A DNA stretch of 63,871 nt, counting the filler, from Octopus bimaculoides (taxonomy: Eukaryota): the NCBI RefSeq assembly GCF_001194135.2. It is 7 parts of 7 records of this genome, joined end to end, with 100 filler letters (N's around TTAATTAATTAA, not from the genome) between each part and the next. Parts side by side here need not be neighbours in the genome. Positions count along the whole stretch, not along the records: positions 1 to 17,132 come from NC_068984.1; positions 17,233 to 30,784 come from NC_068991.1; 5 more parts are not named here. One strand, written 5' to 3'. A program made the position numbers and the translations under genes. The notes beneath the pieces were generated by a model. That model saw only the letters and a list, made by a program, of their open reading frames with translations. It made no database searches and was not told where the DNA came from. Of this stretch, positions 12,614-24,790 are shown piece by piece. The stretch's first letter is position 1. Each line of letters opens with the position of its first letter.

Positions 12614-12912
12614 ATTATTAACTCCGCCTTACCGAAGGCGGAGGTATTGTTTCAGGGATGCTTGGCCTCGTGACTGGCACGAACTGATCAGACTTTGAGA
12701 TCGATCAGGTACCGGACAGAGATTCTGGATTATTTTCCCTGTTTTTTTAACTTAATTTTTGTGAGCGGTCGTGTTCATTTTTAGTATTCTCGTTTGTGAG
12801 AACAGTCGAGTTTATTTCAGATATTTTCATTTTAAAAATCATCTGCGGCTAATCGTTAAGAGGACGTTGGTGTTGCCTTGGCAGAGGTTTGAGCTCTCTG
12901 AGTGCTCTTGTG
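12614..12912 (+). mobile_element. Non-autonomous Helentron (HINE/DINE-1-like)
   Basis: 5' attattaactccgcc forming hairpin ctccgcctt-accg-aaggcggag; 3' subTIR-like ggcagaggt followed by stem-loop gagctctctgagtgctc; matches HINE architecture as recalled. Confidence 0.7.
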
Positions 12913-13231
12913 CAGTTTTATTTTAAGATTTCTTGCCAATAGAGAAAGAGCCAGTTTCTAACCTAAATCCAAGGCTCCTTCGTTGGAATTTCGGCAACAT
13001 CAACAGGATATTTTTGCATGCATGTGTATATGTATACGTGCAGATTCGTATGTTTTGTTTTATGTATGCATTTTCATGCATATAGTTGCATATCTAGACA
13101 TGCTCATATAAGGCTGTTCAATGTCATATCAATTTATAAGCCAATACACAGACGTCTTAGCTTTTGCAAAGCTACAGAAGTAGGGAAAAAGTCAACGCTT
13201 TTGACCTAGTGAGTATAGTAAGCATTTGTGC

Positions 13232-13302
<71 letters not shown>

Positions 13303-13579
13303 GGGAGAGAGAGTGTGTGCGTGTGTCTGTGTGTGTGTAAAATATATTATATTTCTATCTTAAGAGTTTGTTATTTATCGTAGTGGGGGGACCTTACCCT
13401 ATGAAATATTTCATGCGCTCAACACATGGAACACCTCAAAATGACAAATTGACTACATTCTGGGTTGTATCAGGTCACACTAATTACGAATAAATTTTTT
13501 TTTCTTGTTGTCATTGTATTATGACCATGCTGGGGCACTTAAATTTTAAAGCTTGGTAATTACTCTACCAACCCCTTTC

Positions 13580-13985
13580 GTCAAACCGCTAGGTTACGGA
13601 GACGTAAACAGATTACAATGCCTGTTGTCAAGTGGTGTGTTTTCATCTATTGAATGGCAAAGTTTCTCAACCAGCTCTGATGTTCTAACAATCCTCTCTC
13701 TCTCATACCGCTCATCGTTTCTTACCTCCTCTCTACTGTCCTTGAATATCCTGTGCCCGCGAATAGTAGATGCTTGGCTCATACAAGCTTATCCATAAGA
13801 CGTCTGACCAGTTTTTTCCCCGTTTAACACAAAACTTTATTGCATAGCGAGCATTCAAATTGTCTTCACGTTCCGACTACATTCTGCAAACTAGACAGCT
13901 GTGACAAGCAGAGTTTAGTAGAATGTGTTCAAAGATGTGTTACAACCGTCTCCTTTGATCTGGAATAAGATTAGTCGGAAAGTCA
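13580..13985 (-). mobile_element. Mariner transposase N-terminal remnant
   Basis: NARYAIK(F)C...ACMSQASTIRGHRIFKDSREEVRNDERYERERIVRTSELVEK resembles the mariner HTH region (RYAIKFC...W..RFK.GRE.V.DDER.GR). Confidence 0.75.
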
Positions 13986-14209
13986 GCTTATTATATATAT
14001 ACAGATAGGTAGATAGATATATAGTTATATATAATAATGTACACATACATACATTTAATATTTTTGATTAAAAAAAATAAGATTACATTTCAAATGAATG
14101 ATTCAATAGATGTTAAATATAAAATAAATATTTCTTAATTTAGCTTCGCTTTGGCAGCCACCCATCTATTTTCTTGCGTTCTCAGTTTCATCAGTGATTA
14201 AAATATTTT

Positions 14210-14261
14210 GACCTCTGACGATATTGTAATAACAGGGAAACAGTCGACCAGTTGTCAGGTT
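14210..14261 (+). ncRNA. Type-I hammerhead ribozyme motif
   Basis: gacct-CTGACGA-tattgtaataacagg-GAAA-cagtcgaccagtt-GTC-aggtt: stem I 5 bp, stem III 5 bp with GU pairs, GUC cleavage triplet, weak stem II. Confidence 0.7.
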
Positions 14262-15044
14262 GGAATTTAAATTCGTACCTACATACGCGCGCACACACAC
14301 GCATATATATATATATATATANNNNNNNNNNNNNNNNNNNNNNNNNNNNNNNNNNNNNNNNNNNNNNNNNNNNNNNNNNNNNNNNNNNNNNNNNNNNNNN
14401 NNNNNNNNNNNNNNNNNNNNNNNNNNNNNNNNNNNNNNNNNNNNNNNNNNGTATATAATCTCTTCAAACAGATTAATTGCTTTCTCAATAAGCAATGTTT
14501 TACTTATAAAAGTATATTAAACAAATTACCTAGTGCATATACGTAATTTTAATTTCATACAACCATGTTATTGTTTCTTGGTAATACTCACGAAGGATGG
14601 GGGAAACCAAAAAGGATTAGAAATTGGAGACCATTTAACCAAATATAGCCCATATTATATACAACCTGACAGAACGTGGACAAATATACACCAGTCCTAA
14701 CAACAATCCCAATACACAAACATACATATAAACCACAATTGATGGTTACAAATACATTCTTTGTGCTAGTGTTAAGACTCATCATGAACAGTCATGGTGT
14801 GAACAGTAAGGCACATATTAAGAATAAAGAAACAGCAGCCACGGCATTGATGATTGATGATTATTGATGATGTAGCTGTGGCCGACCAGGCAAAGGAATT
14901 TGAGTTGGAGTACGAGGGCTGCAACAATGATTTACATTGTTTTGAAATGATGGTTTAGCACAACAAGGAATAGCAACTAAATCTCTCTCAAATAATTCCT
15001 TGTTCTCTTTAAAATAAAATAGGATATATTGGATAATAATGTAG

Positions 15045-15210
15045 CCTTGAGGGTTTCGTCCATGCCATCGACACCAATAATTAACTGGTACTTTATTTTA
15101 ACGACACTGAAAGCATGAAAGACATAGTCGGCCTCGGCGGGATTTGCAACATGAACGTGAAATCCGGAAGAAATATATTGACATTTTATCCAATGCTCTA
15201 ACAATTTTGT
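15045..15210 (-). mobile_element. SINE family A, decayed
   Basis: Reverse complement of the central and head motifs (atgaaagacatagtcggcctcggcgggatttg). Confidence 0.7.
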
Positions 15211-15689
15211 ATTCCATTACTGTTGAAGATGCTAATAAGAATAACGATTTCTAACTTTGCGTCATAACGATAGCATGTAAAAGGCAATAGTAAAGAACTC
15301 TGAATGCATGAATAAACATGAAAACTGCATGAATAAACATTTAAAAAAGAATCTATAAGTCTTACAATACAAGATGACAAGTGTTGGGTGTGTGATGTAT
15401 TTCTTCAATCATAAACCATATCGTATCAGAATATTCTACACTAGCTTTCACCAAATATATCTGTAGAGACAATAATATAGAAAAGCAAGTCTACATGCGG
15501 CTAGTCATCTAGTTTCAATTCTTTGGTTGAAAATCTCTTTGAACATACGTCCATCTTAGGTATTGACAACGCAGAGATAGAGTAGTATCGTGATAAATGA
15601 ACAGACTGCTTACGTCACTGACAACGTTGATCAATAATAGCTAACGAGGTTTGCTTATGACTCAGAATAGGTGGAGAGTGTTTAGCTCC

Positions 15690-15886
15690 AGAAGAGCGAC
15701 ACAACAGTTACAGGGAGGTAAACAAGCCAACAAGCGGTTGTCAAGCAGTTGTGTGCAGGGGGCCTGGGTCTATGGTCGGCCTGGGTCTATGGTAGAAGAC
15801 ATTTGCCCAAGCTGTCACGCAGCAGGTTGAAACCCTGAGCTATGTGGTTGAGAAGTAAACTTCTCTCCACACAACCACATCTGCGT
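15690..15886 (-). mobile_element. SINE family B, decayed, with a small internal duplication (ggcctgggtctatggt x2)
   Basis: agaagacatttgcccaag...ccacacaaccac is the reverse complement of the head. Confidence 0.7.
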
Positions 15887-16163
15887 TTAACATTCTAATT
15901 CAACTTGGTTCATACACAGTCATTTCTATAATGAAGAAACCGTTACATTTCGTTCCAGAAAATATGAAGATCAAGATCTTTTAATATTGTTTAATCCATT
16001 TTCACACAATATTTTTAAAATATTTAACAATATATATGCATGATCTTTGACGTTCTCTTCTTTTTTCTTTGATGTGAGAAAGTATTTTCTTGACATATTT
16101 TTAAAATCATGGGATATTCTTGTTGTTGTTGTTGTTCTTCTTCTTCTTCTTCTTGTTCTTCTT

Positions 16164-16245
<82 letters not shown>

Positions 16246-16269
16246 GTAGTAGTAGTAGTAGTAGTATTA

Positions 16270-16558
16270 AGGCGATGAGCTGACTGAATCGTTAGTACGT
16301 TGGAGGAAACGTTTAGCGGTATTTCGCCTGTCGCTACGTTCTGAGTTGAAATTCCGCCGAGGTCGACTTTGCCTTTCATCTTTTTGGGGGTCGATAAATC
16401 AAGTATCAGTGAAACACTGGGATTGATGTAATCGACTACTCCCCTCCCCTAACAAATTTCAGGCCTTGTGCCTATAGTTGAAAGGATTATTATTATTAAG
16501 GCGGCAAGCTGGCAGAATCGCTAGCACGCCGAGCAGAATGCTTACCGGTATTTCGTCC
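16270..16558 (+). mobile_element. Full SINE A followed by a truncated SINE A head
   Basis: Family A head and core motifs; (ATT)n between the copies. Confidence 0.85.
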
Positions 16559-17070
16559 ACGGGTTGACTACCTGCAGCCTACGGTACCATGCTATTCCTT
16601 CATTTCGGCTATCTAATACTTCCCTGATTATTCTGGACATGCTAAGGAGGCAAAACTTTTGTGACAGTTCTACTGGGACCTCTATTCCGATTTCCTTTAT
16701 ATTCCTCTTGATGCCTTCAGATACTGTTCCCAAGGACTCAACAATAATTGGCATTAACTTCACCGTCTTCATTCTCTATAGCTGGGCTATTTCGTACTTA
16801 AGTGGGTTGTATCTATTTATCCTTTCGCCTTCTTTCTTGACTATTCGTGGTTCAAAGGGGCATGCAACGTCAACTATATAGCATATGCGGTGCACCTTGT
16901 CCACCACCACTAGGTCCGGTCTGTTATGCTCTAGCACCTGATCTATTTAGATTCGGAAATCCCAGAGGATTTTGCTAGCTTCCGACTCTGCCACTCTGAT
17001 TGTTCTCATACCACGTCTTGCCTCTCTCTAGTCCCCACTTTTCGCACAGTTTCCAATGTAGCACTTTCGC
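16559..17070 (-). mobile_element. R4/Dong-like LINE 3' end (RLE domain), 5'-truncated, adjoining a (TAA)n array
   Basis: Minus strand: LEHNRPDLVVVDKVHRICYIVDVACPFEPRIVKKEGE..KYEIAQL and KLMPIIVESLGTV...QKFCLLSMSRIIREVL. Confidence 0.9.
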
Positions 17071-17132
<62 letters not shown>

Positions 17133-17176
17133 NNNNNNNNNNNNNNNNNNNNNNNNNNNNNNNNNNNNNNNNNNNN

Positions 17177-17188
17177 TTAATTAATTAA
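17177..17188. other. Artificial six-frame-stop linker TTAATTAATTAA inside a 100-nt gap placeholder (44N+12+44N); also at 30829, 34864, 47084, 56545, 62190
   Basis: Identical 44N/12/44N layout six times. Confidence 0.97.
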
Positions 17189-17279
17189 NNNNNNNNNNNN
17201 NNNNNNNNNNNNNNNNNNNNNNNNNNNNNNNNTATGTATGTATGTATGTATGTATGTATGTATGTATGTATAAAAACAT

Positions 17280-20190
17280 TTTTTCCAGAATGAGATAAAA
17301 ATACAAGGCTGTGAAAGATTTTAGAACCTTTATAAACAGAAGGTCTTACAGCTGTTTCCGGGATATTTTTAATATCCCTTCATCGCAGACGGTGTGAGAA
17401 AGTGGTTAAGCAATAGTTAATTTAGATAGGATATGAAATAGAGATCGAAGTGGACGAATGAATATAGACGTGAGATATGCATGAATATTGTATCTTCAGT
17501 TCCATTATTCAGGCAGAATGGTATACATATAAGATTCCAGCAACTTGTGAGTAAGTTCCAGTAGTATTTAAAATTGGTCATTCCAGGTATAGAGTTTGTG
17601 CACAGTGCTATTGAATCGAGGGTTTTATTTAAAGTGACCTAAAAGTAGGGAATGTATTAGTTAGGTCAAATCGATAACAGGGAGAGGAATAAAGAATAGA
17701 AAAAAAGAAAAAGAAAAAAGAAAAAAGAAAAGCGGGGTGGGAGATAATAAAGAGATGAAGAAAGTGTACTAGTTAGTGGTCAGTCAAGATAAATTGATGG
17801 TAAGAAAGGGGAGGTAAGGGTGATAGAGAGAGAAAGATAAGATTGTGTAAAAAGATCATAGGATAAAGAGTAAAGGAGAGTCAGATAGAAGGAATGGGGG
17901 TGATAGAGAGAGAGAGAGGTATAATAGTGTATAAAGTAAAGGAGTGTCAGGTATGTAGTGATAGAGCCTAAGTGATGGGGGCTGAGAAAGGCGGGTAGGA
18001 GTAGTAATATGGTGGAATGAAGAATTTGGGAATATAGGTTAGGTTACTTGGAGGACAGGTCAACGCTTAGCAGTAGAAGAAAATATATATGTGAAGATGT
18101 ATACCGATGCATATATTAAACATGTATATAGATATTTATACAGATATTTATGCATATCAACATCTACACATACAACTTGTACTCATATGTATATGTACGT
18201 GTGTGCACTCATATATATGTGTATCTGTATGTATTATCGCCCCTACACACGCAGATGTATATTCCTTGTATACATATATCCATTCACATACACACACGCG
18301 CGCGCGCATATATGTTTGCACGCATATACACGTGAATATAGTTAAATGGTTGTGATATTCGAGTATGAAAGAGGAATTAAACAGGGATTTGGAGCTAAAA
18401 TGTAGATTTATAAGGTTATTGGGACTACCTAAGGGGTATTGTGGAAATATACTGTATGGTTATTTAGGCATTTAGATTTATGGTAGAATTTCAATGTGTT
18501 AAAAAAGCGGTGGTTGCATGTGCTTAGTGCCTCATTATGTTTATTTAGCAGTGCAAGAGAGTTGCGCTTTAATATGTGAAGTGCCTCCTTCAGGCAAAAC
18601 TTGCAGGTTGAACGTTGACCTCGGTACGGAAGCCCTGAATCCAGTATGGACCATGATAGAGTATAAGGTATATTTGTATTTTTGAGATGATGTATGTGGT
18701 TGGTGAGTGTTGTAGATTTACTATGTTTATCGTATCTAAAAGAATGGAGGTGAGCGGCATATCGTTACTTAAAAGGTTTGGTTGATCCTAAAGTATATGG
18801 CTGTAGAGTTGTGCAATAGATTAAGGACAGTGTATTTGTAAATTACATTATATCTTCTGCAATGGGTTTGTAATGGGCAGATGGTTTCAGGACGGCAGTT
18901 ATAATTAGGTGAATTTTGGGGAATGTGTTCAGGAATGGAGGAGGTAATGTTGTCAGAGGAGAGGTTAGAGAAGGGGGTAGAAAAGTTTAGATTATTAGTA
19001 TTATTAACGTTATCATTACCATCATTGTTATTATTACTATTGTTGTTATTAATTGCATTATTTGTAAGAGTAGAATAGATTGTGGTGGTGTTCCGGGCAG
19101 TGTCAGTAGGATAGGTTGGGTTTTGGTCGTGGTCTAATGCAAGGGCTTGAGCTCTCTCTGTGTGTTGAGTGTTCGTATGACTAAAGTTGTAATTATGTGA
19201 GTTTTGATAGTAAAGAGAAAGCTTTTCCTTATTTGAGGCTGCTACAATAGATTCGAAGTTGGGTGGATCTATTAAAGAGAGAATGATATTTATGTTGCCG
19301 AGGGAAGTTAGTCTAGTATTTTAAAGAAGGATTTAGTTAAGATCTTAACGTTAAGTGAGAATGGATGTGTGTACCACAGGATAGAGCGTCTACTGCTTTT
19401 ATAGGGTGTCTGGGAGTAGAGCTATCTAAGCTTTTAGATAAAGGAGTGCTATCTATATTTTTGAAGAATGTATGTGGGTGGCGAGACCTGTTGTTGTTAT
19501 TTGTTTTAGTTGTTTTAGTTTTTGACCTAGTGTTAAATGTATGTGTGTGGGGTCTAGGTAGCCTAGGTGTAAGACCTTACCGAGTTCTATCAACGAGTGT
19601 GTGCGGTAGGTTGCGATTGTGACGGTTGGTGCGTCTTTGAGATGTGATTTGAGATATATATTGTTTGAGCCTGGTGTTATGGGTGTATTCTATTTGTTGG
19701 GAAAAGCCGCTAGTGGCGAGTACTTGATTGTAATATGGTGCGTGATTATTGAAAATTTCCTCAGAGGAAGAGAGGTCGGATATGTGGGGTGAGATGCCCT
19801 TGATTATGTTATCGAAAGTGGATTTGTGGTGATTGGAGTGGATATTAAGGTATTCAAGATATTGGTTAGGTTTATGATAAGGGGAGTATTGGAAGGATAA
19901 GTTTAGAGTTTTGTCAAAAAAGTTAGCAGTTTTGTGAGCGTTTTCGAATGTGATAGGTTTAGGTTAGAGAAGAATTTGTGCATATCCTTTCTAGTTCTTT
20001 CTAAGGAGGATTTATTCATGCTTTTGGTAACTAGTAAAGCGTCGTCCCTGTATAGGCCTCCCTTGATGTTAAGGAAATGTATATGGAACTGCTGAAGTAT
20101 ATATAGTCCAACTAAGTCAGTGACCTGAGATGAATGAGATGATCCCATGGTTATGTTGAATAGGTTGCTATGGTTGTTGTTATGGTGATC
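17280..20190 (-). mobile_element. Penelope-like element, 5'-truncated (RT with GLYRDD motif, C-terminal GIY-YIG endonuclease, 3' UTR/pseudo-LTR)
   Basis: MGSSHSSQVTDLVGLYILQQF...GGLYRDDALL; thumb PYHKP..YLNIHSNH; EN KPFK*RYAAHLHSFRY..STTLTNHIHHLK..YTLSWSIL..CKFCLKEALHIL..LLNKHNEALSTCNHR. Confidence 0.9.
17343..17390 (-). ncRNA. Hammerhead-like motif in the Penelope 3' pseudo-LTR (degenerate core)
   Basis: gtct-GCGATGA-a-gggatatt(aaa)aatatccc-g-GAAA-C-agct-G-TA-agac; perfect 8-bp stem II and palindromic stem III, but GCGAUGA in place of CUGANGA. Confidence 0.55.
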
Positions 20191-20234
20191 GGCCCGGCAC
20201 CGAGTTTGTTTTCAACAATATATATATATATAGG

Positions 20235-20470
20235 TACGGGCGCTTACTATTTTCCTCTCCTTCTGATCTAACGATACTCCATATTCGTTTTCGTTCGGTT
20301 TCCTTGTATGTCTCCACTGTCCTCTTTTTGTTCCAACTTTGACCCTCCATAAATCCTAAATGTTTTTTCGTGGAATGCTCGAAATGAGGGGTAGATAGAC
20401 AGCCAACAACTGATGGAGGGTTCATTCTCTGTGTTTACTTGTCCTGTTTTTACATATTTCATGTAATTTG
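20235..20470 (-). repeat. Interspersed repeat of uncertain class abutting the Penelope 5' end
   Basis: Non-coding, lies between (TA)n tracts; resembles a recalled abundant octopus repeat; class not determinable by eye. Confidence 0.35.
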
Positions 20471-21637
20471 TATAGTTGGTGACGTCCTGTACCCATATAT
20501 GCATATATATACACAGAACAAAACTGCAAGCTGGAAAAGCTTTTGGTAGTATTTATTCACCATTGTACATGTTCCATTGCGTAATAGGAATCACCAAGTT
20601 GTACATGTTTAGAGAAAACATGTAAGACATTTCCTATTAGAAATTCTTCAGAGAATCTTATATATATGCATGTATCTATGTGTGTGTATGTGTGTGTGTA
20701 TTTATGTATGTATGTATGTATGTATGTATGTATGTATGTGTGTCTGTCTGTCTGAATGTATGTATATATATTGAGGGATAGATTTATGCATGTATGTATG
20801 TACACATGTATGTGTGTATGTATGTATGGATGGATGGATAGATGGATAGATGGATGGATGGATTCTTAATCGGCAGAAGATACAATGTAACTCAAAGTGC
20901 GAGAGTTTCATGCATGTCGCTTTTCAATAGCTGTCAGCGTTTGAGTTGCTTCGAAGCTCCTGCCGATATATATACATATATATTACATACATACATATAT
21001 ACATACATAAATACATACATACATACAGTCATACATATACACACTCGCGCGCGTGTCACCCGCAGTGTCTATAATAAGGGGGCCATCACTACTATCACTC
21101 TCACCCACATCATTGCCACCACCGCCATCATCCATACCTGAGAAAAAAAAATGTCTTATAATGCTAAACACCGCTATAATAATACTACACGAACATTAGC
21201 GGAATGCCCAACGACGGCTGCAGCGAAGACATCTTAATGCGATATTTTGTCCAGTCACATATTAATAACATTACACCGACCATTGATTATTCCCGCCACA
21301 GGCCAAGCAGAATTGTATAAAGCAGACGACAACACCGTGTTTAAAGATTATAGCAATTACCAATTTTACTAATGCCATCTGCTTGATGTAGGCGGCATGG
21401 CATCCTCATAAATAAATAAATAAACCAGCATCAAGACCGATATTGTTTAGTGTGAGACCATAACGAAAATGAAATTCCATCCCCCAATTTATTCTTGTTT
21501 TGTCGAGGTTATTTGTTGTTGCCATCTTTTTTTGTTTCTCATTCTCCCTTTTGCTTTATGTTGTTGTTGCTGTGGTGGTGTTGGCAATGGTGAAGTTGGT
21601 TGTGGTGCTATAGTTCTTACGACTGCTGTTCCTTTTA

Positions 21638-21686
<49 letters not shown>

Positions 21687-22054
21687 TGTTGTTGTTGTTG
21701 TTGATGATGTTTTTGTTGGCGGTGGTGAGGGTGGAGTTTCATGTTGGCAGATGTAAGCTGCTGTTGTCATTGTTGTTATGGTTGTTCTAATTAGCGATGG
21801 TGGTGTTGGTGGTAGTAGTGGTAGTGGTGGTGTTGGCGGTAGTAGTGGTAGTGGTGGTGATGGTGGTGCATGATGACGGATTACACGTTGTTCTTGTTTT
21901 CGTTATGTTTTAGTTCAGATCACCCGTCCACCCATGTCAACCCTCATCGAGCAGCTGTGTGATCGGAAAAATTGACAACGACCACCATCATTTTTCCTGC
22001 GCACAGGAAATACTGACTCTGTATGAGTGCATGCGCGCGCGTATGTGTGTGTGT

Positions 22055-22155
22055 AAGATGCAACCACACGGTTTCAGGTTCAATCCCACTGCGCAACAAC
22101 AACTTGGGCAAGCCAGGTTCAATCCCACTGCGCAACAACAACTTGGGCAAGCCAA
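22055..22155 (+). mobile_element. SINE B head fragment with an exact 39-bp tandem duplication
   Basis: caggttcaatcccactgcgcaacaacaacttgggcaagc at 22075-22113 and 22114-22152. Confidence 0.85.
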
Positions 22156-23149
22156 CCGATGCTTTGTGTAGGAATTTGTTATAGAGAAAGCGTGTATATC
22201 TATCTATCTATCTATATNNNNNNNNNNNNNNNNNNNNNNNNNNNNNNNNNNNNNNNNNNNNNNNNNNNNNNNNNNNNNNNNNNNNNNNNNNNNNNNNNNN
22301 NNNNNNNNNNNNNNNNNNNNNNNNNNNNNNNNNNNNNNNNNNNNNNNNNNNNNNNNNNNNNNNNNNNNNNNNNNNNNNNNNNNNNNNNNNNNNNNNNNNN
22401 NNNNNNNNNNNNNNNNNNNNNNNNNNNNNNNNNNNNNNNNNNNNNNNNNNNNNNNNNNNNNNNNNNNNNNNNNNNNNNNNNNNNNNNNNNNNNNNNNNNN
22501 NNNNNNNNNNNNNNNNNNNNNNNNNNNNNNNNNNNNNNNNNNNNNNNNNNNNNNNNNNNNNNNNNNNNNNNNNNNNNNNNNNNNNNNNNNNNNNNNNNNN
22601 NNNNNNNNNNNNNNNNNNNNNNNNNNNNNNNNNNNNNNNNNNNNNNNNNNNNNNNNNNNNNNNNNNNNNNNNNNNNNNNNNNNNNNNNNNNNNNNNNNNN
22701 NNNNNNNNNNNNNNNNNNNNNNNNNNNNNNNNNNNNNNNNNNNNNNNNNNNNNNNNNNNNNNNNNNNNNNNNNNNNNNNNNNNNNNNNNNNNNNNNNNNN
22801 NNNNNNNNNNNNNNNNNNNNNNNNNNNNNNNNNNNNNNNNNNNNNNNNNNNNNNNNNNNNNNNNNNNNNNNNNNNNNNNNNNNNNNNNNNNNNNNNNNNN
22901 NNNNNNNNNNNNNNNNNNNNNNNNNNNNNNNNNNNNNNNNNNNNNNNNNNNNNNNNNNNNNNNNNNNNNNNNNNNNNNNNNNNNNNNNNNNNNNNNNNNN
23001 NNNNNNNNNNNNNNNNNNNNNNNNNNNNNNNNNNNNNNNNNNNNNNNNNNNNNNNNNNNNNNNNNNNNNNNNNNNNNNNNNNNNNNNNNNNNNNNNNNNN
23101 NNNNNNNNNNNNNNNNNNNNNNNNNNATATATATATAAGTGTGTGTGTT

Positions 23150-23355
23150 TGTGTATGTCCCCGTGCACGTGTGTGAGACTGTGTTTGCGTCTGATTCCCA
23201 TCAATGCTTGACAACCGGCGCTGGTTTGCTTGAGTCTTCGTAACCAGCAATTCGGCAAAAGAGATCGATCGAAAAAAAAAGGGCTTTGGAAAAGTAAAGG
23301 TGGTACCCCAGCACGGCGTTTGTCCAATGAGTGAAGCAAGTAAAAGATGAAAGAT
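23150..23355 (+). mobile_element. SINE B 3' half
   Basis: gcttgacaaccggcgctgg...ttcggcaaaagagatcgat...aaaggtggtaccccagcacggc. Confidence 0.75.
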
Positions 23356-23689
23356 AAACGGTTATTTAACGCCCCCCACCCCCCATCGGTTTATGACGAT
23401 AAGGTACACAATGGAGGAGATATTGAACTACCATTATTAGCATGTTGAGCAGGCTTCTCTGTTAGAATGGAGTTTGCAGTAATTAATGGTAGTAGCTTGT
23501 AGTGGTTTCATTGTTGTTGCTGTTGTTATTGTTGCTGTTGTTGTGCAGGCCTATAATAAACAGCGTTCCACCCATGCCTGTACCACCTTTGTGTTTGTGT
23601 TTCAGAGACTACATTGTCTAACGTATTCATCATCCAGTTTAAAGTAATGGGTGTCTGATTTGAGGGAGCTTTGGTCGCTATTATTATCC

Positions 23690-23910
23690 AGCAAAGCGGT
23701 GGATAGCAGAAATGTTACTGCACTGAACGAAATGCTTAGTAGCATTTTTTTTTTTCGGCTTTACGTTCTGTGTTCAAATTTCGCCGAGGACGACTTTGCC
23801 TTTCATGCAATCAGGATCAATAAAGATATGAACCATTTGAGCACCTTGGTCGATGTAATCGACTATTCCACTTTCTCGAAAATTTCAGACCTTGTGCCTA
23901 TAGTAGAAAG
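23690..23910 (+). mobile_element. SINE family A
   Basis: Head and core motifs. Confidence 0.8.
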
Positions 23911-23949
23911 GATTATTTCTAGGAGAGGCTTCTATTTTGGCTGATGATA

Positions 23950-24790
23950 ACTTTGATGGTGGTGATGATGATGCCAGTGCTACTTTTGTTATTGGAGGTA
24001 GTGGCGGTGGTGGTGGTAGTATGTAAAGGCTGGGGGTTCAAGATGATGCTGATGTTGATGTTGGTGTTAGGTGGAGGTTATGGCGATGGTGATGGTGGTG
24101 AATGGTAGATGGTGGCAATGCTAGTAGTAATGGTAGGGATGGGTGTGGTGCTTGCGGTTGTGATAGTGGTGATGGTAGTGGTGGTGCATGATGTTTGCGG
24201 GTACAAGATGATTTGATGCCATGTGGAGGTTAAGGTGGTGGTGGTGGTGGTGGTGGTGGTGTTCTGCTGTTCTTGTCAAGTGTATATTTTTGTCTTTTTG
24301 TTTTCATTTTTATTTCATTGTGCTTTGCATCGATGTTATTATTATTATCGATGTTGATGTTGTTGTTGTTGTTGTTGCCGTTGTCGTGGTCGTCGTTATC
24401 TTCATCGTCGACGTTGCCGTTCTCCTTTTCCTCCTCTTTCCCCTCTCCTCCCTCTTTCCTCTTCCACTTCCCAATCATCATCTACATCATTATCGTGGTC
24501 ATCATCCTCAACATCGTTATCATCCTCCTCCTCATCATCATCATGACCACCACTACCACCACCACCATCACTACCATCATCACCGTTGTCGTCATCGTGT
24601 TCATCATCGTCATCACTATCATCATCATAACCACCACCACTACCACTACCATTATCATCGTCGACGTGGTTGTCGTCGTCATCATCATCATCACCACCAC
24701 CACCACCACCACCTCATTAGCAACAACATCATCATCATCGCCGTCGTCGCCGCCGCGCCGCCGCTGTCGTCGTCAATATCAAGAATAATT
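23950..24790. repeat. Degenerate (GGT/GAT/GTT) to (CAT/CAC/CGT) trinucleotide low-complexity tract
   Basis: Direct reading; source of the poly-H/V/T ORFs. Confidence 0.9.

Noticed and set aside
20560-20655. Minus-strand CTGAAGA...hairpin...aaacatgtac hammerhead-like remnant
   Set aside because: GAAA is broken, there is an insertion and no stem I forms
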